The notes under the pieces: model-generated | Told to the model about the DNA's origin: nothing | What the model saw: the letters and a program-made list of their open reading frames with translations, nothing else | Databases searched by the model: none | Assembly (NCBI RefSeq): GCF_030684315.1 | Contig: NC_081391.1 | Span: 20,296,629-20,360,628, forward strand | Reading direction: 5' to 3' | Origin: Stegostoma tigrinum | Lineage: Eukaryota | Length of the DNA: 64,000 nucleotides | Translations under genes and position numbers: made by a program | In this document: one piece after another, positions 34,927-50,026 of the stretch | Position numbering within the stretch: position 1 is the stretch's first letter | Layout of the letters: every line of letters begins with the position of its first letter

Positions 34927-36255
34927 CACTGGGGGAAACAGACAGGATGCCTCTATCGGAATCCTATCACTCCCATTGCTGTTAAGTTTCATGTAGAGCT
35001 TTATCCGATCAAGCTCAGGAGCTCTATCATCCATTCCTTCTTCTGTAAGGAAGTTGTCTGTTGGATTTCTCTTAGATTTTAGAAAAAAAATATGAAAAGC
35101 AGTATCATCTCAGGATGAGAATCAATTCTTTTGGTATTTCCTGACACCAGCAAAATATAGTCCTTTCAATTTAGAGTGCAGGAAATTGTTGAAAAAATTG
35201 CAGCACGAGAATCTATGTCCAGTACCAGATTTAAGTCCTGCTTGATAATGTCTCACTTCTGCACCCCTGCCCTCCTCAGGACTGACTCTGAGCACTGCAG
35301 TATATGGAAAATGACTATTCAGTTAGTTTGCGACATCCAGGGTAAGCACCAGGATTCCTTACTCATTTAATTGCATGCTTGTGACAAAAAAAATGGGAGC
35401 CAGCGTTCACGTGGCGGACTCCCAGTGCAATGGCCACCTACCTCTGTACAACAGAGACTCTATCACTGGTGTGTCTCGCAAGCCCGCCGGCAAGCAGGCT
35501 GTTGTTTGGATAATGAGTGCTTTCCTGAAGTTTGGCAGTGGGCACAGTTGTTTGTCATAAACTCAGCTGTGTTAGCTGTTAATTGCCAGTGCCGAGGGCA
35601 GAAAGTAAAAGGAAGCATCAGCCCACCCACTATTAAACTTGGGGAAAAAAAAAGAGTTTTCTAACCACGTGCCAGCTGAAGCTATTTCACATGTGCACCA
35701 ACTACATTGCTGAGATGCTCGCTCGAGTCACATGTAGGCCAGATCAGGTAATGGTAGCAGATTTCACTCCTCAAGAAAGATTAGTCAAACAGAAGAATGG
35801 TAGATATGCAAAACTGTCAGATAGTAAACTGCCCTGATACACCGGCTGCCTCTTTAGGTCTTTTAGGATTCTGCAAACTCTCAGCTCACATTTGGAAGAA
35901 AGTTGAGCACTGGCTGCCAAACTTCAGTAAAGTAAGGAACTGCAAAAGCATGTTTAAGAGAAGTGTGGTGTAGTGACAGCATCCCTAGACCAGGGTGGTC
36001 AGATTTGAGCCCCACCTGAGAGGTGAATAACATCCAAAAATGAATTGATTAGCAGAGGGTTCAACTGTGTCAAAAGGTGACAGAAGCACCTGCCATACAA
36101 CCTAGATATGATGGATCTGAACAAAAATCAGTTGTTCAATTTCACTAAAAGTGTTTCTTCATTATGGAGATTTTATTTTCCAATTCAACAAGGGTAGATA
36201 AAGTTTCTAAAAGACTAAATCCATTTACAGCACTGATGGGATTCTAAAATCGCAC

Positions 36256-38453
<2,198 letters not shown>

Positions 38454-39735
38454 CACCTGGGACATCCTATGTTCAACGAGGGAATGACATCACCAATGAT
38501 GACTGACATTCCCTGAAAGCCAATTAGGAATCTCCCATGAATTTAGCCCCGCCTCTGCCCTCCCACCAATTAGAGAGAGGGTGTGGGTGGATTAGGCAGA
38601 GCTGATCAGAGGTGCAGATTGTTGTCATGTGGATGGTTATTCTGTGATTGGATCAGCAGTTGGTCATTTAGAATCTCAAATCTGCCGGAACTCTCTGTCG
38701 GGTCATGGTTAGTTTGAAAAAAAAAACTAGATTTGGATTTGGAAAGCTTTTCTTTTTAAACTGAGCTTGTTGTGACCAACTGCGAGAGGTGCTCAATGAA
38801 GGAGAATCAGTGTCTGAGCATGTTCTGCTGGGATATTGGAGAGAAAGGTAGGAGATTGATGGTATTTCCTAGAAATTTGTAACAGAAACAAACAGGACAA
38901 AGACAGGAAGGATGTTTCTGTTGACCAATGCGCCCAGAACCAAGGGTCACTGTCTAAGGATATAGAGTAGACTGTTTGGGATTGAGATGAGGAGAAATGT
39001 CTTCAGTCAGACCTTGGGGAGTCTGTTGTATTCTCTGGGACAAAAAACAGTTGAGGCTAACATACTGAAGGTTTTGAAGAGTTAGATGTAGCTGATAGGG
39101 CTATGGGGATCAAAGGGTATGGAGAGAGAGTGTGAAGATGGTACGGAGCTAAGGGATTACCCATCATCATATGGAATGTCAGAGCAGGCTGGAAGGGCTG
39201 TATCAAAATGGTTCATAATTTTGAACATTTCAATCAGGTCATCTTTTAATCGTCTCTGCTCCAAGGAGATAAGGCCAATTTTTAAAATCTTTCCTGGTAT
39301 CATTCCAGCAAATCTCCTTTGCACCGTGGCCAGGGCTTTAATGCCCTCCCTTAGAAACAGTGCCCAGAATTGAACACAATACTCTAATGTGGTCTGACCA
39401 ATGGTGTGCAGTGGTGTAGCATTACTTCTTTGCTTTTATACTCTCGGGCTCTCCTTAAAAACACAAGATTCCTATAAGCCTTCTTCATGACTGTTTCATC
39501 TTGCCTGGCCACCTTCAGGGAATTGTAGTTTTAAATCCTGAGGGCTCCCTGCTCCTGTACTCACCTTGACGTTGTTCCATTGAACCTGTATTATCTCTTC
39601 ATGTCTCCATGTTTCTTCGACCAAAATGCATTTCTTGCATTTTTTTGTGTTGAAATTAAAAAGTGATTGCCAACATCAAATCTTACCCAATAAAAATCAA
39701 GAGATGCTAATTTTGAAGTCTTCAACTGACACCGG

Positions 39736-39738
<3 letters not shown>

Positions 39739-39769
<31 letters not shown>
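39739..39769 (+). repeat. (TG)n microsatellite
   Basis: About 15 TG units; only a short tgtgtttgtgtgt at paralogous 12266 and 56057. Confidence 0.9.
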
Positions 39770-39771
<2 letters not shown>

Positions 39772-40939
39772 ACTATCCACTATCCTTTCTGTGAAGAGGC
39801 TGTTTCTGACATTATCCTGGGCAGTTTAGCACTAATTTGAAGATTCTATATCCGTTCCATACCTTAAGTCCTAGAAGACCCATTGAGAAGAAACAATTCC
39901 TCTGAATCTACCCTGTCAAGTCCATTAATGGTCTTAAAACTTTCAAGTACTGCCATCTCTTAACCTTCCATACTGAGGGACTCGGGCAAGCTGCCATCAT
40001 CATTTAACCAGCTCTTTATCTCTGAGTTGATTCTGGAAATTCTCTGCTGCACCATCTTCAGGCCCAACCTGCCGAAAATGAGATCTCCAGGGATGGTTGA
40101 ACCAGAACTTAACAATTTCATAAAAAACTCCACCCAGAGGTGTGCAAATCCCTTTGAGATCAGGACTGACATTGAATTAATTTCTTTGTTCAGTGTTTTT
40201 ATATCTCGTCTCTAGTTTCAATACATTTCTGTCCACTTGTCTCAGTTTCATTTTGATCATTAGCTTTGACAACCCAGCAGAAGATGTCCCCATTTCTAAA
40301 ACACTCTGGCTCACCTTTCTTAGTCAGGAGTGGATAACTTCGCACTTCCCCTTATTGAACTGTATCAGCCAGTCTTCCCCACTCCATGGAAGTTTGAAAC
40401 ATTCCACTGTCATGATAAAGTGCCACTTGATGTAATGCCATCAGCAAATATTTGAATTGTGGCTGTCCATTTCTTCATCTCGAACATTTATAATCCAAGG
40501 AAAATTTAAGGCCCCAGTTTCTCTCCTTGGGGAAAGTAATCACATCTTGCTTTTTCTTTTATTACCTCATGGGATGAAGGTGTTGTTGGCTGGCCCAGCA
40601 TTTATTGTACTTCCCTAATTATTATTGTCTTCTTGAATTGCTGTTGTCCATTTGGTGTAGGGAGATCCATAATGCCATTTTGGACAGAATTCCAGGATTC
40701 AGATGGTATGACTGTAGATTGAGTTTTGCCTCATGAGCTTCATTGAGTATTTTGAAGAAGTGATGAAGAGCAATGATGAGGGCAGAGTGGTGGGCGTGAT
40801 CTACATGGACTGCAATGAAGCGTTTGACAATGTTGCTCATAGTAAGCTGTTTAGCAAAGTGAGATCACATGGAATCCATGGAGAATTATCCATTTGGATA
40901 CAGAAATGGCTCAAAAGTGGAAGGCACAGGGTGCCGGCA

Positions 40940-41660
40940 GAGGCAACAAAGTGTGGAGCTGGAGGAACACAGCAGGCCAGGCAGCATCAGAGGAGCAGGA
41001 AAGCTGATGTTTCGGGCTGAGACCCTTCAGAAATTGGGAGGGGGAAGGGGAAGCTCAGAAATAAGGAGGAGGGGTGGGACTGGGGATGGTAGGTGGGATG
41101 GTGATGGGTGAGTGTAGGTAGGGAGTGGTCAGTGAGGTGGGAAAAGAAGATGAACATGAACAGGTCAAGGAGGTGGGGATTGGTCATGGGATGAGGACAC
41201 TTTGAAGTTAATAAGGTCCACATTTAGTGTCTTGGGCTGTAAGCTCCCAAGGCAGAATATGAGGTGCTACTCCTCTAGTTTGAGGATGACATTGGTGAGA
41301 TACTGGAGGATGCCCAAGATGGACAGGTCAGCCATGGAGTGGGAGGTGGGGTGGAAGTTAAAACATTTTGTGATTGGAAAGTGTTGTTGTTTGTTGCTCA
41401 TTGAGCGCAGATGCTCTAGAGAAACTGTTTCCCTCATGGTGGCTACATTGGGTGCAGCCGATACAAGAGACCAACTTGAAACAGGTGCAGGTGATCTGTG
41501 TCTGATGCCGAAGGTTTGTTAGTTTTTATTTTGAATGGAGACACGGGGTGGATGTGGTGGTGGGGCGAGGGGGTCAGGGAATGGTGTAGCTGTTCCTGCA
41601 GTTGCAGGGAACAGGGCTGGGGTTAATGGGGAGTACAGAGTGGATGAGAGAGTGGCAGGG
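40940..41660 (-). mobile_element. Older Penelope-like fragment (duplicate)
   Basis: Homologous to 14528-15260. Confidence 0.65.
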
Positions 41661-41949
41661 ATACCAGCATAGAGGTACTGGCGTGTCCACAGTAAGAGGG
41701 GCTATGCCTGCTTCTGTCGGATATGTGGAACAGTCCCTCTTCTGCTGCTCCACTGGCACTATCCCCTACCTTTTCCTTACTCAAAGATTAACAGTAAATA
41801 GCCAGCTACATTGCTGTGTGGGTGGTGAGTCAGCTGTCGGCCAACTGCTTTCCTTCCCTGAAAGGGTTAGAAAAGTTTAGAACTGCTGAGAGTTGGCCTT
41901 TCTGCAAATTAAGTGAAGTGTCTCTTCTACTCTGACCCGCCCCAACCGA

Positions 41950-42015
41950 AGCCGAGATGCTATGAAGGGAACTCTGCAGATAAAGAAGGTGAACCAGAGT
42001 CTCCCGGATCCCCTT
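41950..42015 (+). pseudogene. Inverted ferritin exon-3 fragment (more decayed copy)
   Basis: gatgctatgaagggaactctgcagataaagaaggtgaaccagagtctc, in the same flanking context as 15605-15670. Confidence 0.7.
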
Positions 42016-42953
42016 GTCTACAAATGTAGCTTTAATTGCACCAGCTGTCCTCAGCAGTTGATTGCTGGAGCAAGAACAGGGACTATGCCACGTTTGTCCC
42101 ACACGCGACAAGGTGGGCATTGAGGATAGGAGACACTGTTACAGGAGAGAGCAGATTCCTCACTCAGACTCCGACAGTGGAGACTTGTTAGAAAATCCAA
42201 TTCCTTAGCTTTGGAAACTAGAACAGTGGTGTATTGCTTGCTCAAAGAAGCATGGAGAAAAAGCAACTTGCATGCCAGATGCTATTGCTGTTACAGTCTT
42301 ATTAAGGAATATTTTGAATGCTTAGATTCTACCAGTAAAGTTAACAGAATATTACTGGCAAAACTGAGGCCTGGCAGCACCTGGGGACAGACTTCAGTTG
42401 TGGAGTCACCAGACTCAAACATTAACTGGTTTAATCAACACACATCCAGAGTTCCACCTGCACCTCCCCCGCCACCCGGCAAACCCCAGCAATTTCTATT
42501 TTGTTTGATCCCAGCTTTTAGGAAAGTTGGAGCATTGCTCGGGACAGGGCACCAGTTAAGTGGCTAACAGTTAGATAGAGTGGAGCAATTTTGGTGAAGC
42601 TATTCACGAGAGACTACTCTTACAGAATTTTCACAGTGAAGACAAGACAGATAGTGAGCATTGCGAACAAGCCAAAAGCTTAACAGTTGTGATTTCCTCA
42701 ACAATTACTCACTTCAAAAATTCTTCTGACTCTGGATTCAGAAGCTGAACAAAAATAGCCAGGGCAAGCATTGATTCAATGCAGAGAGCAAAAAGCCGAA
42801 GGGACTGAATAATCAGATAATAAACAGCCAAATAAATGAAGCAGTTACTCAAAGTCGTCAGATACATGGGAAATGTTTTCATTGACTTTTTTGTGCACTC
42901 TGCACTTGCACTAGAACACCAGTGTGCAACAGATGGAGTTGTTGAATCCCCGT

Positions 42954-43098
42954 TCAGCTCAGGCTGAGCCTGTCAAACAGATACTCTCCTTTGCCCTTCT
43001 GAGGGGCTCCCAGTCTCTTCAGGTTGGTGATGTGATCTCCCAGCTTCTTGATCATCTTCACTTGCTCATCCAAGTAGTGCCTCTCCAGGAAGTCACAG
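42954..43098 (-). pseudogene. Ferritin remnant (C-type exon 4 only)
   Basis: Near-identical to C1 exon 4, including the 2-nt deletion. Intron 3 runs to ~43412 and is then replaced by a Penelope-like end. Confidence 0.88.
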
Positions 43099-43412
43099 CT
43101 GGAAGACAAGACAAGTTAGTTGAGTCCATTGAAGACATTTGGAAGTGACCCTCAATTCAGATCTAACAAATCACTGCCATGTTGAGGGAGAGGGGCACTC
43201 TGGTGATTCATTTGGACTGTTGTAGATTTAACAGTCTGCAGGAGGCAGTTATGAGACAATTGTATTCCCCCTCCCCCCAGGAGTAGACAAACAGATCACT
43301 TTCAGGTTAGAAACATTCATCTTTCGTGTAATTTGAAAGTCATCCTGGTAGTTTGTTGCTCTGAAGGCCATCAGCCCTACTTGCTGAATTTAGCAGTGGA
43401 TGGCAAGGAAGC

Positions 43413-43843
43413 ACACAACCAGCCCAGCTCTTCCCCTCCACCCACTGCATCCCAAAACCAGTCCAACCTGTCTCTGCCTCCCTAACCTGTTCTTCCTCTC
43501 ACCCATCCCTTCCTCCCACCCCAAGCCACACCTCCATCTCCTACCTACCAACCTCATCCCACCTCCTTGACCTGTCCATCTACCCTGGACTGACCTATCC
43601 CCTCCCCACATCCCCACCTATACTCTCCTCTCCACCTATCTTCTTTTCTCTCCATCTTCGGTCCGCCTCCCCATCTCTCCCTATTTATTCCAGTTCCCTC
43701 CCCCCATCCCCCTCTCTGATGAAGGCTCCAGGCCCGAAACGACAGCTTTTGTGCTCTTGAGATGCTGCTGGGCCTGTTGTGTTCATCCAGCCTCACATTT
43801 TATTATCTTGGATTCCCCAGCATCTGCAGTTCCCATTATCACT
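43413..43843 (+). mobile_element. Penelope-like 3' end, distinct subfamily (its tail is also at 1-50)
   Basis: Pyrimidine-rich UTR, then ctgatgaaggctccaggcccgaaac...cagcatctgcagttcccattatcact. Confidence 0.85.
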
Positions 43844-44546
43844 GTTTTGTTGTCCAGCCGGCTTGGGGGGAAACTGAGCACGTTCTGGCCTTTTTAATTC
43901 GGCTTTCATATCTGCCCACTGCCACACGGTTATTACGGTGCTGATGGTGACCATTCAGCCCATCGTATCCACCACCAACTCGCTGAGCGTTTCACCTCTT
44001 GCCATTCTCCTGCACTGTCCCTGTAATCTCCATGTTATTCCCTTTCAGATATCAGTCCTATTCCCTATTGAATGCGTGAATTGAACCTGCCTCCAACACA
44101 CTCTCGGACTATACATTTCACACCCTATCCACTCGCTGTGTTGGAAGGTTTTTATTTTCGCAGATCACTTCAGCTTCTTTTGCCAATTTTAAACCTGTGC
44201 CATCTTGCACCTGACCCTTTCACAAATGGGAATATCATGCCACTGTTTGTTCTTTCTGGATCCGAATTTGAGCCGTTTGCTTTCCAGAGAGAAGAGTTCC
44301 AGCTTCTCCAATATATCCTCACACCTGAAATTCCTCATTCCTGGAGCCATTCCAGGAAGCCTCCTCTGCACTGTCTCCAGTACGTCCACTCTTTCCTTCA
44401 GTGTGATGTGCAGAATGAGACACAGTCTTCCTGTTGGGGTCAAACTTAAGCAGGTTCAGCATAATCACCTTGCTCTTGTACACTTGCCCCTACTAATAAA
44501 GCTCAGGGCACTGCGAGCTTTGTAAACGATTCTCTTAAACAGTCCT

Positions 44547-45894
44547 CAGAGATAATGGGAACTGCAGGTGCTGGAGAATCTGAGATAACAAAGTGTAGAG
44601 CTGGATGAACACAGCAGGTCATGCAGCATTTGGGCCTAGACCCTTCATCAGAAAAGGGAGATGGGGAGAGAATTCTGAAATAAATAGGGAGAGGGGTAGG
44701 CGGACTGAAGAAGAATAGAGGAGAAGGTAGGTGGAGAGGAAAGTATGGGTGGGGAGGTAGGGAGGGGATAGGTCAGTCCGGGGAGGACGGACAGGTCAAA
44801 GGGGCCAGGTGAGGTTAGTAGGTAGGAAATGGAGGTGTGGCTTGAGGTAGGAGGAGGGGCTAGGTGAGAGGAAGAACAGGTTATGGAGGCTGGGACGAGC
44901 TGGGCTGGTTTTGGGATGCAGTGGGAGGAGGGGAGATTTTGAAGCTGGTCAAATCCACATTGATACCATTGGGCTGCAGAGTTCCCAAGCGGAATATGAG
45001 TTGCTGTTCCTGCAACCTATGGGTGGCATCATTATGGCACTGCAGGAGGACCAGGATGGACATGTTGTCTCAGGAATGGGAGGGGGGAGTTGAAATGGTG
45101 CACGACTGGGAGGTGCAGTTGTTTACTGCGATCTGAGCGTAGGTGTTCTGCAAAGTGGTCCCAAGCCTCTGCTGCATTTCCCCAATGTAGCGGAAGCTAC
45201 ACCGTGTACAGCAGATGCAGTATACCACATTGGCGGATGTGCAGGTGAACATCTCTTTGATGTGGAAAGTCATCTTGGGGCCTGGGATCGGGGAAAGGGA
45301 GGAGGTGTGGGGGCAGGTGCAGCACTTCCTGCGGTTGTAGCAGAAAGTGCTGGGTGTGGTGGGTTTGGACGGGAGTGTGGAGCAGACAAGGACGTCGCAG
45401 AGAGAATGGTCTCTCCGAAAGCAGACAATGGTGGGGATAGAAAAATGTCTTTGGTGGTGGAGTTAGATTGTAGATGGCAGAAGTTTCGGAGGACGATGCG
45501 TTATATCCAGAGTTTAGTGGGGTGGTATGTGAGGACTAGGGGGATCCTCTCGGGGAAGTTATTGCGAGGGTGGTGTGTGAGGGATGAGTTGTGGGAAATG
45601 CGGGAGACACGATTGAGGACATTCTCGCCCACTGCAAGGGGGAAGTGGCGGTCCTGTAAGAACGAGGACATCTGGGATGTGCAGGAGTGGTATGCCTCTC
45701 CTTGGAGGAGATGGGGCAGAGGCAAAGGAATTGGGAATAGGGGATGGAGATTTTGCAGGAAGGTGGGTTGGTTGAGGCGTATTACAGGTAGCTGTGGGAG
45801 TCGGTGGGCTCGAAATGGACATCGGTTTGTAGGTGGTTGCCTGCGATGGAGACAGAAAGTCCAGGAAGGTGAGGGATGTGTTGGAGATGGTCCT
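44547..45894 (-). mobile_element. Penelope-like retroelement (duplicate of 754-2100)
   Basis: Same sequence and same junctions as 754-2100. Confidence 0.85.
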
Positions 45895-47583
45895 TCCACC
45901 TTCAATGATGTAATGCAAATACACCATACAGTTCACTCACTCCTGCACCCTCTTTAGAAATGCACCTTTTATTTTGTATTGTCTCTACATGCTTTTCCCA
46001 CTTTGAACTTCATCTGCCACTCGCTTGCCGATTCCACCAATATGTCTGTGCCCTTTTGAGGTTCGACACCATGGTCCTCACTAAGTTTCTTATCATGTAC
46101 AAACTCTGAAATTGCATCCTTTATACCAGGATATAAGTCATTACTTGACTTTTGTAAAGCCTGGCTCCTCCCCCTAACCCGTGGAACTCCACTACAAACC
46201 ACCCCCTTGTCCAAAGAGCATCCATTAGCATCACTTATGTTTCCAGTAATGCAGCCAACTCCATATCCCTGTCACTGCGCTGCCGTTCATTACAGGGGCT
46301 TGAACATTGTGTGGCACTGTATTATATGTCTTTAGGAAGCCCACGTAGACCACACGAACAACAGCCCTCTCGCCTATCTCCTCAAAATTCTTGTGCTAGA
46401 TAGTTGAAAGTGATTTTCCTTTTGAGGAGATCTGGCATGGATCTCAAAAAAGATTCATATTCATCCATGTATCTATTACGCAATTTTCAACTCATCTCCA
46501 TTACTTCCTATCTTCCACTCCCCAGCGTCACTCATGGAAATGCCAGGCGTCTACTCCATCACTTATCCCATTTGGAAACTGAACGAAAAGCTGATGCAAA
46601 AGGACAATGCATCTAGAAGTTGTTGCCTCTTCTCAGTGTTCATAATTTATTGCAGCTACTAATTTCCAATTTCAAAACAATTTCTCACACAGATTTAAAA
46701 GATCCACTCCCCACCCAAGTCCCCTAACCTGCCATTTCCACATACATGCTGTATATGTTGCTTGCCTTCTATTGAAGGAGAGCTTAATGTTGGAGCTGAA
46801 AGAGTTTGCAAATAAGACCTCTCCTCCTCAGCAATTTCTGTACCCTATTCCCCTGCTGAGAGCTTCACTTCAGACAAACAAGAGGAAAAGAAGTGACCCA
46901 GCCAATGATTGGCTGCTGCATACATGAAGCTATTGGGAGGTATGGAAGGGTAGGAGGAAATAAGAAGTAATGAGAAATCAGGGGGAAAGAGGGGGGTGGT
47001 GTTGAAGAAGAAAGAAGGAAGACAAAAAAATGCTTTGAATCCAACTCTGCTTCCTTTAAATCATTCATCTGCTAACCCTCAGTCCCCAAAAGAAACAAAT
47101 CAAGTCCACAAGCTGCAGATGGGAGCAGCCTTTGCAGTCGGCAAACTTCGAAAGAGTTCACTTGACCCTTGCTGCTGTTGGAAGAAGGGCAGAGGAGGAC
47201 AGGGGAAGCACCTAGTGTCTAATGTCGTCCGGAGAATAAAGTCATGTCACTCAGTGGTACACACCTGGAAGGCTAATGTAACACTAAAAGGAAAGGGGAA
47301 ACGCCTCATTTACAAATTTGCCATGAATAAAATGTACGTTCCATATGTGCATGAAATTTATGCTACCTTTAGAGGAAGATATAGAAGTGTGTGAAATTTC
47401 TATTGTGGATTTTTTCAGTCAAGTTACCTGGTTAGCTGTTGGTAATTTAGGTCGTTTAAAACACAAAGATCCAAAATCCAGTTCCACAAAGACTTGTATT
47501 TCCATTTGGAATGGCAGACAGAAAAAGGTAAAGTGGGCATCAGAATTAAGTCACAAATGGACCAATTTCTTCTATAACTCCAC

Positions 47584-49827
47584 TCAGCTCAGTGAGAGCC
47601 TGTCAAACAGGTACTCTCCCATGCCATTGTCAGGGGCTCCCAGTCTCTTCAGGTTGGTGATGTGATCTCCCAGCTTCTTGATCATCTTCACTTGCTCATC
47701 CAAGTAGTGCCTCTCCAGGAAGTCACACAGCTGGAACAAGGAGCCAGAATGTAATGTTAGAGCAGACACATCAACAATCACACCATTGCGCTTTTGCAGT
47801 GATATAAGTGTGAACAAGTGCTGGTATTTGAGCACAGCTTGCTCTCCAGAAACAATGAACAGACTGGAATAGCTTTATTTGCAACTTTGCAAATGCAGAA
47901 ATGGTGACAGAAACCTGAGTTTACCCACCAGGGATCAAACTGCCATTTCACAGAATTGGGTGGAAGTTCTAAACACTTACGCCTCTCACCAAGTCAGCAA
48001 AGCACATATCAGTGACTGACATCTATGGTCAGGATGGCTGCTGCTCTCAAACACTGGGACAATAGCAAGCCTATGCTTGTAGAACAGGAATAGCAGATTC
48101 CCATGTCACCTTGAGCTCCCTCGAGACATTCATCCCATCAGGAACTCACATGAGGGTCCGTGTGGCCAGAGGCTAGTTTGTGCAGATCCAGCAGACTCTG
48201 GTTCACATCCTTCTCCATCCGCAGAGCTCTCTGCATTGCCTCCAGACCATTGCCCCACTCATCCTGCTCTGGCTTCTGGAGGGAGAAGACAGTCATTAGT
48301 GAGGTTAGAAGGTCCAAGATTCGTACAAAGGCAAGAAAATGAAGACATGTGGTAATCTGTGCCAAATCCAAACCAAGGATTAAAAATAATTCACAATTCA
48401 CAGAAGATCATGGAGACCATGATCAGACATTTGATCCATCATTAAGAACTGCTGACCGATCAGGGCTAAAGACTGAAACATTGGGATGAAGTTACCTGTA
48501 TTCAGGCTAGTCTACAGTAATGTATCAGTCTAAACTGTCATTGGGGCACGTTCAGTGCTGAAACCCTTTCATTCTGAGCATTCTGATTTGTTGATCTTTC
48601 AGAAAAGGAAAGAATTAGCAAAACCAACTCATATCAAGCAGAGACTTTCTATCAAGACACCTCACTCATCTCAACACAAGATGTACAGGGGAGTCTAGAA
48701 CAGCAAGGCCATTGCACAAGCAAGAAACAACACAATTTGCATTTACTACAAGAGATAGACCCCAACCTTGATGTCCTGCAGGAGAACACAGCCACCACGT
48801 TTATTCTGGAATGCCATCAGTTTCTCAGCATGTTCCTGTTCCTCATGGGACTGCTCCTTGAAAAACTCTGCAAAGTGACAGAGGGCAACATCATCCCGGT
48901 CAAAGTAAGAGAACTGTAAAGCAGAAGGGAACAGAAGGCAAGACTAAAATTTCATCACCAGCTAAAAGAGTAAAATAGTAAGCTATTTAACAACTGACTG
49001 TATCACAAGTCACTTAAAAAATAAACAGGTGACAATTGATCACAGCATTGATGTTACACATCATCTCCAGACAAACATTCCTCTCCTCCTTCCCCCACCA
49101 CCCTACTCAAGTCAGCAACACTAGCTCCTCCCCAAAAGGAACCCAATAATTAGAGACTATAATCTAATCTAATACTGTAATTGCTTCATGGAAACATCCA
49201 GTATTAAACATGGACATGAACATGAGACTTTTCCTGACACCATACACTTCAGAACATAAAAGACAGAGGAGGATGCTAACCAATTGTGCAGTAAGGCTCA
49301 GCAGTTAGCACTACTGCCACACAGTGCCAGGGACCAGGGTTTGATTAAAACTGTGCATGTGAAGTTCACACATTCTCTCCAAAGATGTGGGTTTCCTTTC
49401 ACTGCCCATATATGGGCAGATGATGTTGACCAGCTATGCTAAATTGCCCATAGTGGCCAGGGCAGGTGGGTTAGCCATGGGAAGTGCAGGGTCACAAGGG
49501 GACAGTAGGTGGGAGTGCTCTTGAGATGGACTCAATTGGACAAGTGACCTATATCTACATTATGCAGATGCTAATGATTATGATACCCAGCCAAATAGAA
49601 CCACTCTCAGAAGGAGTAATTTAGATTTCAACACTCTGCTTATTAAAGAGGAGAACTTCTAGGTATTATCAGAATTACATTTAAATGCATTGTCTAATTT
49701 TACAATGCAGACAATCAAGCCTCACCATGGAGAGGTAAACATAAGAGGAATAGAGCTCCAGGTTGATCTGCTTGTTAACAGCATCCTCACAGTCCTTGTG
49801 ATAGTTCTGACACACTTGGGAAGCCAT
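47584..49827 (-). CDS. Ferritin subunit, copy A2, 173 aa, 4 exons
   Basis: Exons 49827-49726, 48913-48767, 48275-48150 and 47730-47584. Duplicate of A1 with an open frame; two Arg>Cys changes in exon 2. Confidence 0.95.
49285..49570 (+). mobile_element. Degenerate HE1-like SINE in A2 intron 1
   Basis: Duplicate of 5485-5770. Confidence 0.65.
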
Positions 49828-49896
49828 CTTCACTACTCCTGCTCACTATCACCTCAACACCTCCAGAACTGAACTCCTTTCCTACGAACTCTTTTC

Positions 49897-50026
49897 TTTA
49901 TACTCCTGGGTCATCCTGCAATCAACCAGGGAATGACACCACCAATGATGACAGCCAATGAGGAATTGGCATGCATCCAGGCACCAATGAGGGGAATGGG
50001 GTGGAGTGAGATACTCAGAGCCAATC
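49897..50026 (-). promoter_or_regulatory. Ferritin A2 core promoter
   Basis: TATAAA at 49902-49897 plus CCAAT boxes; duplicate of the A1 promoter. Confidence 0.65.

Noticed and set aside
45262-45957. 231-aa plus-strand ORF
   Set aside because: Antisense frame of the Penelope-like element and broken in sister copies.
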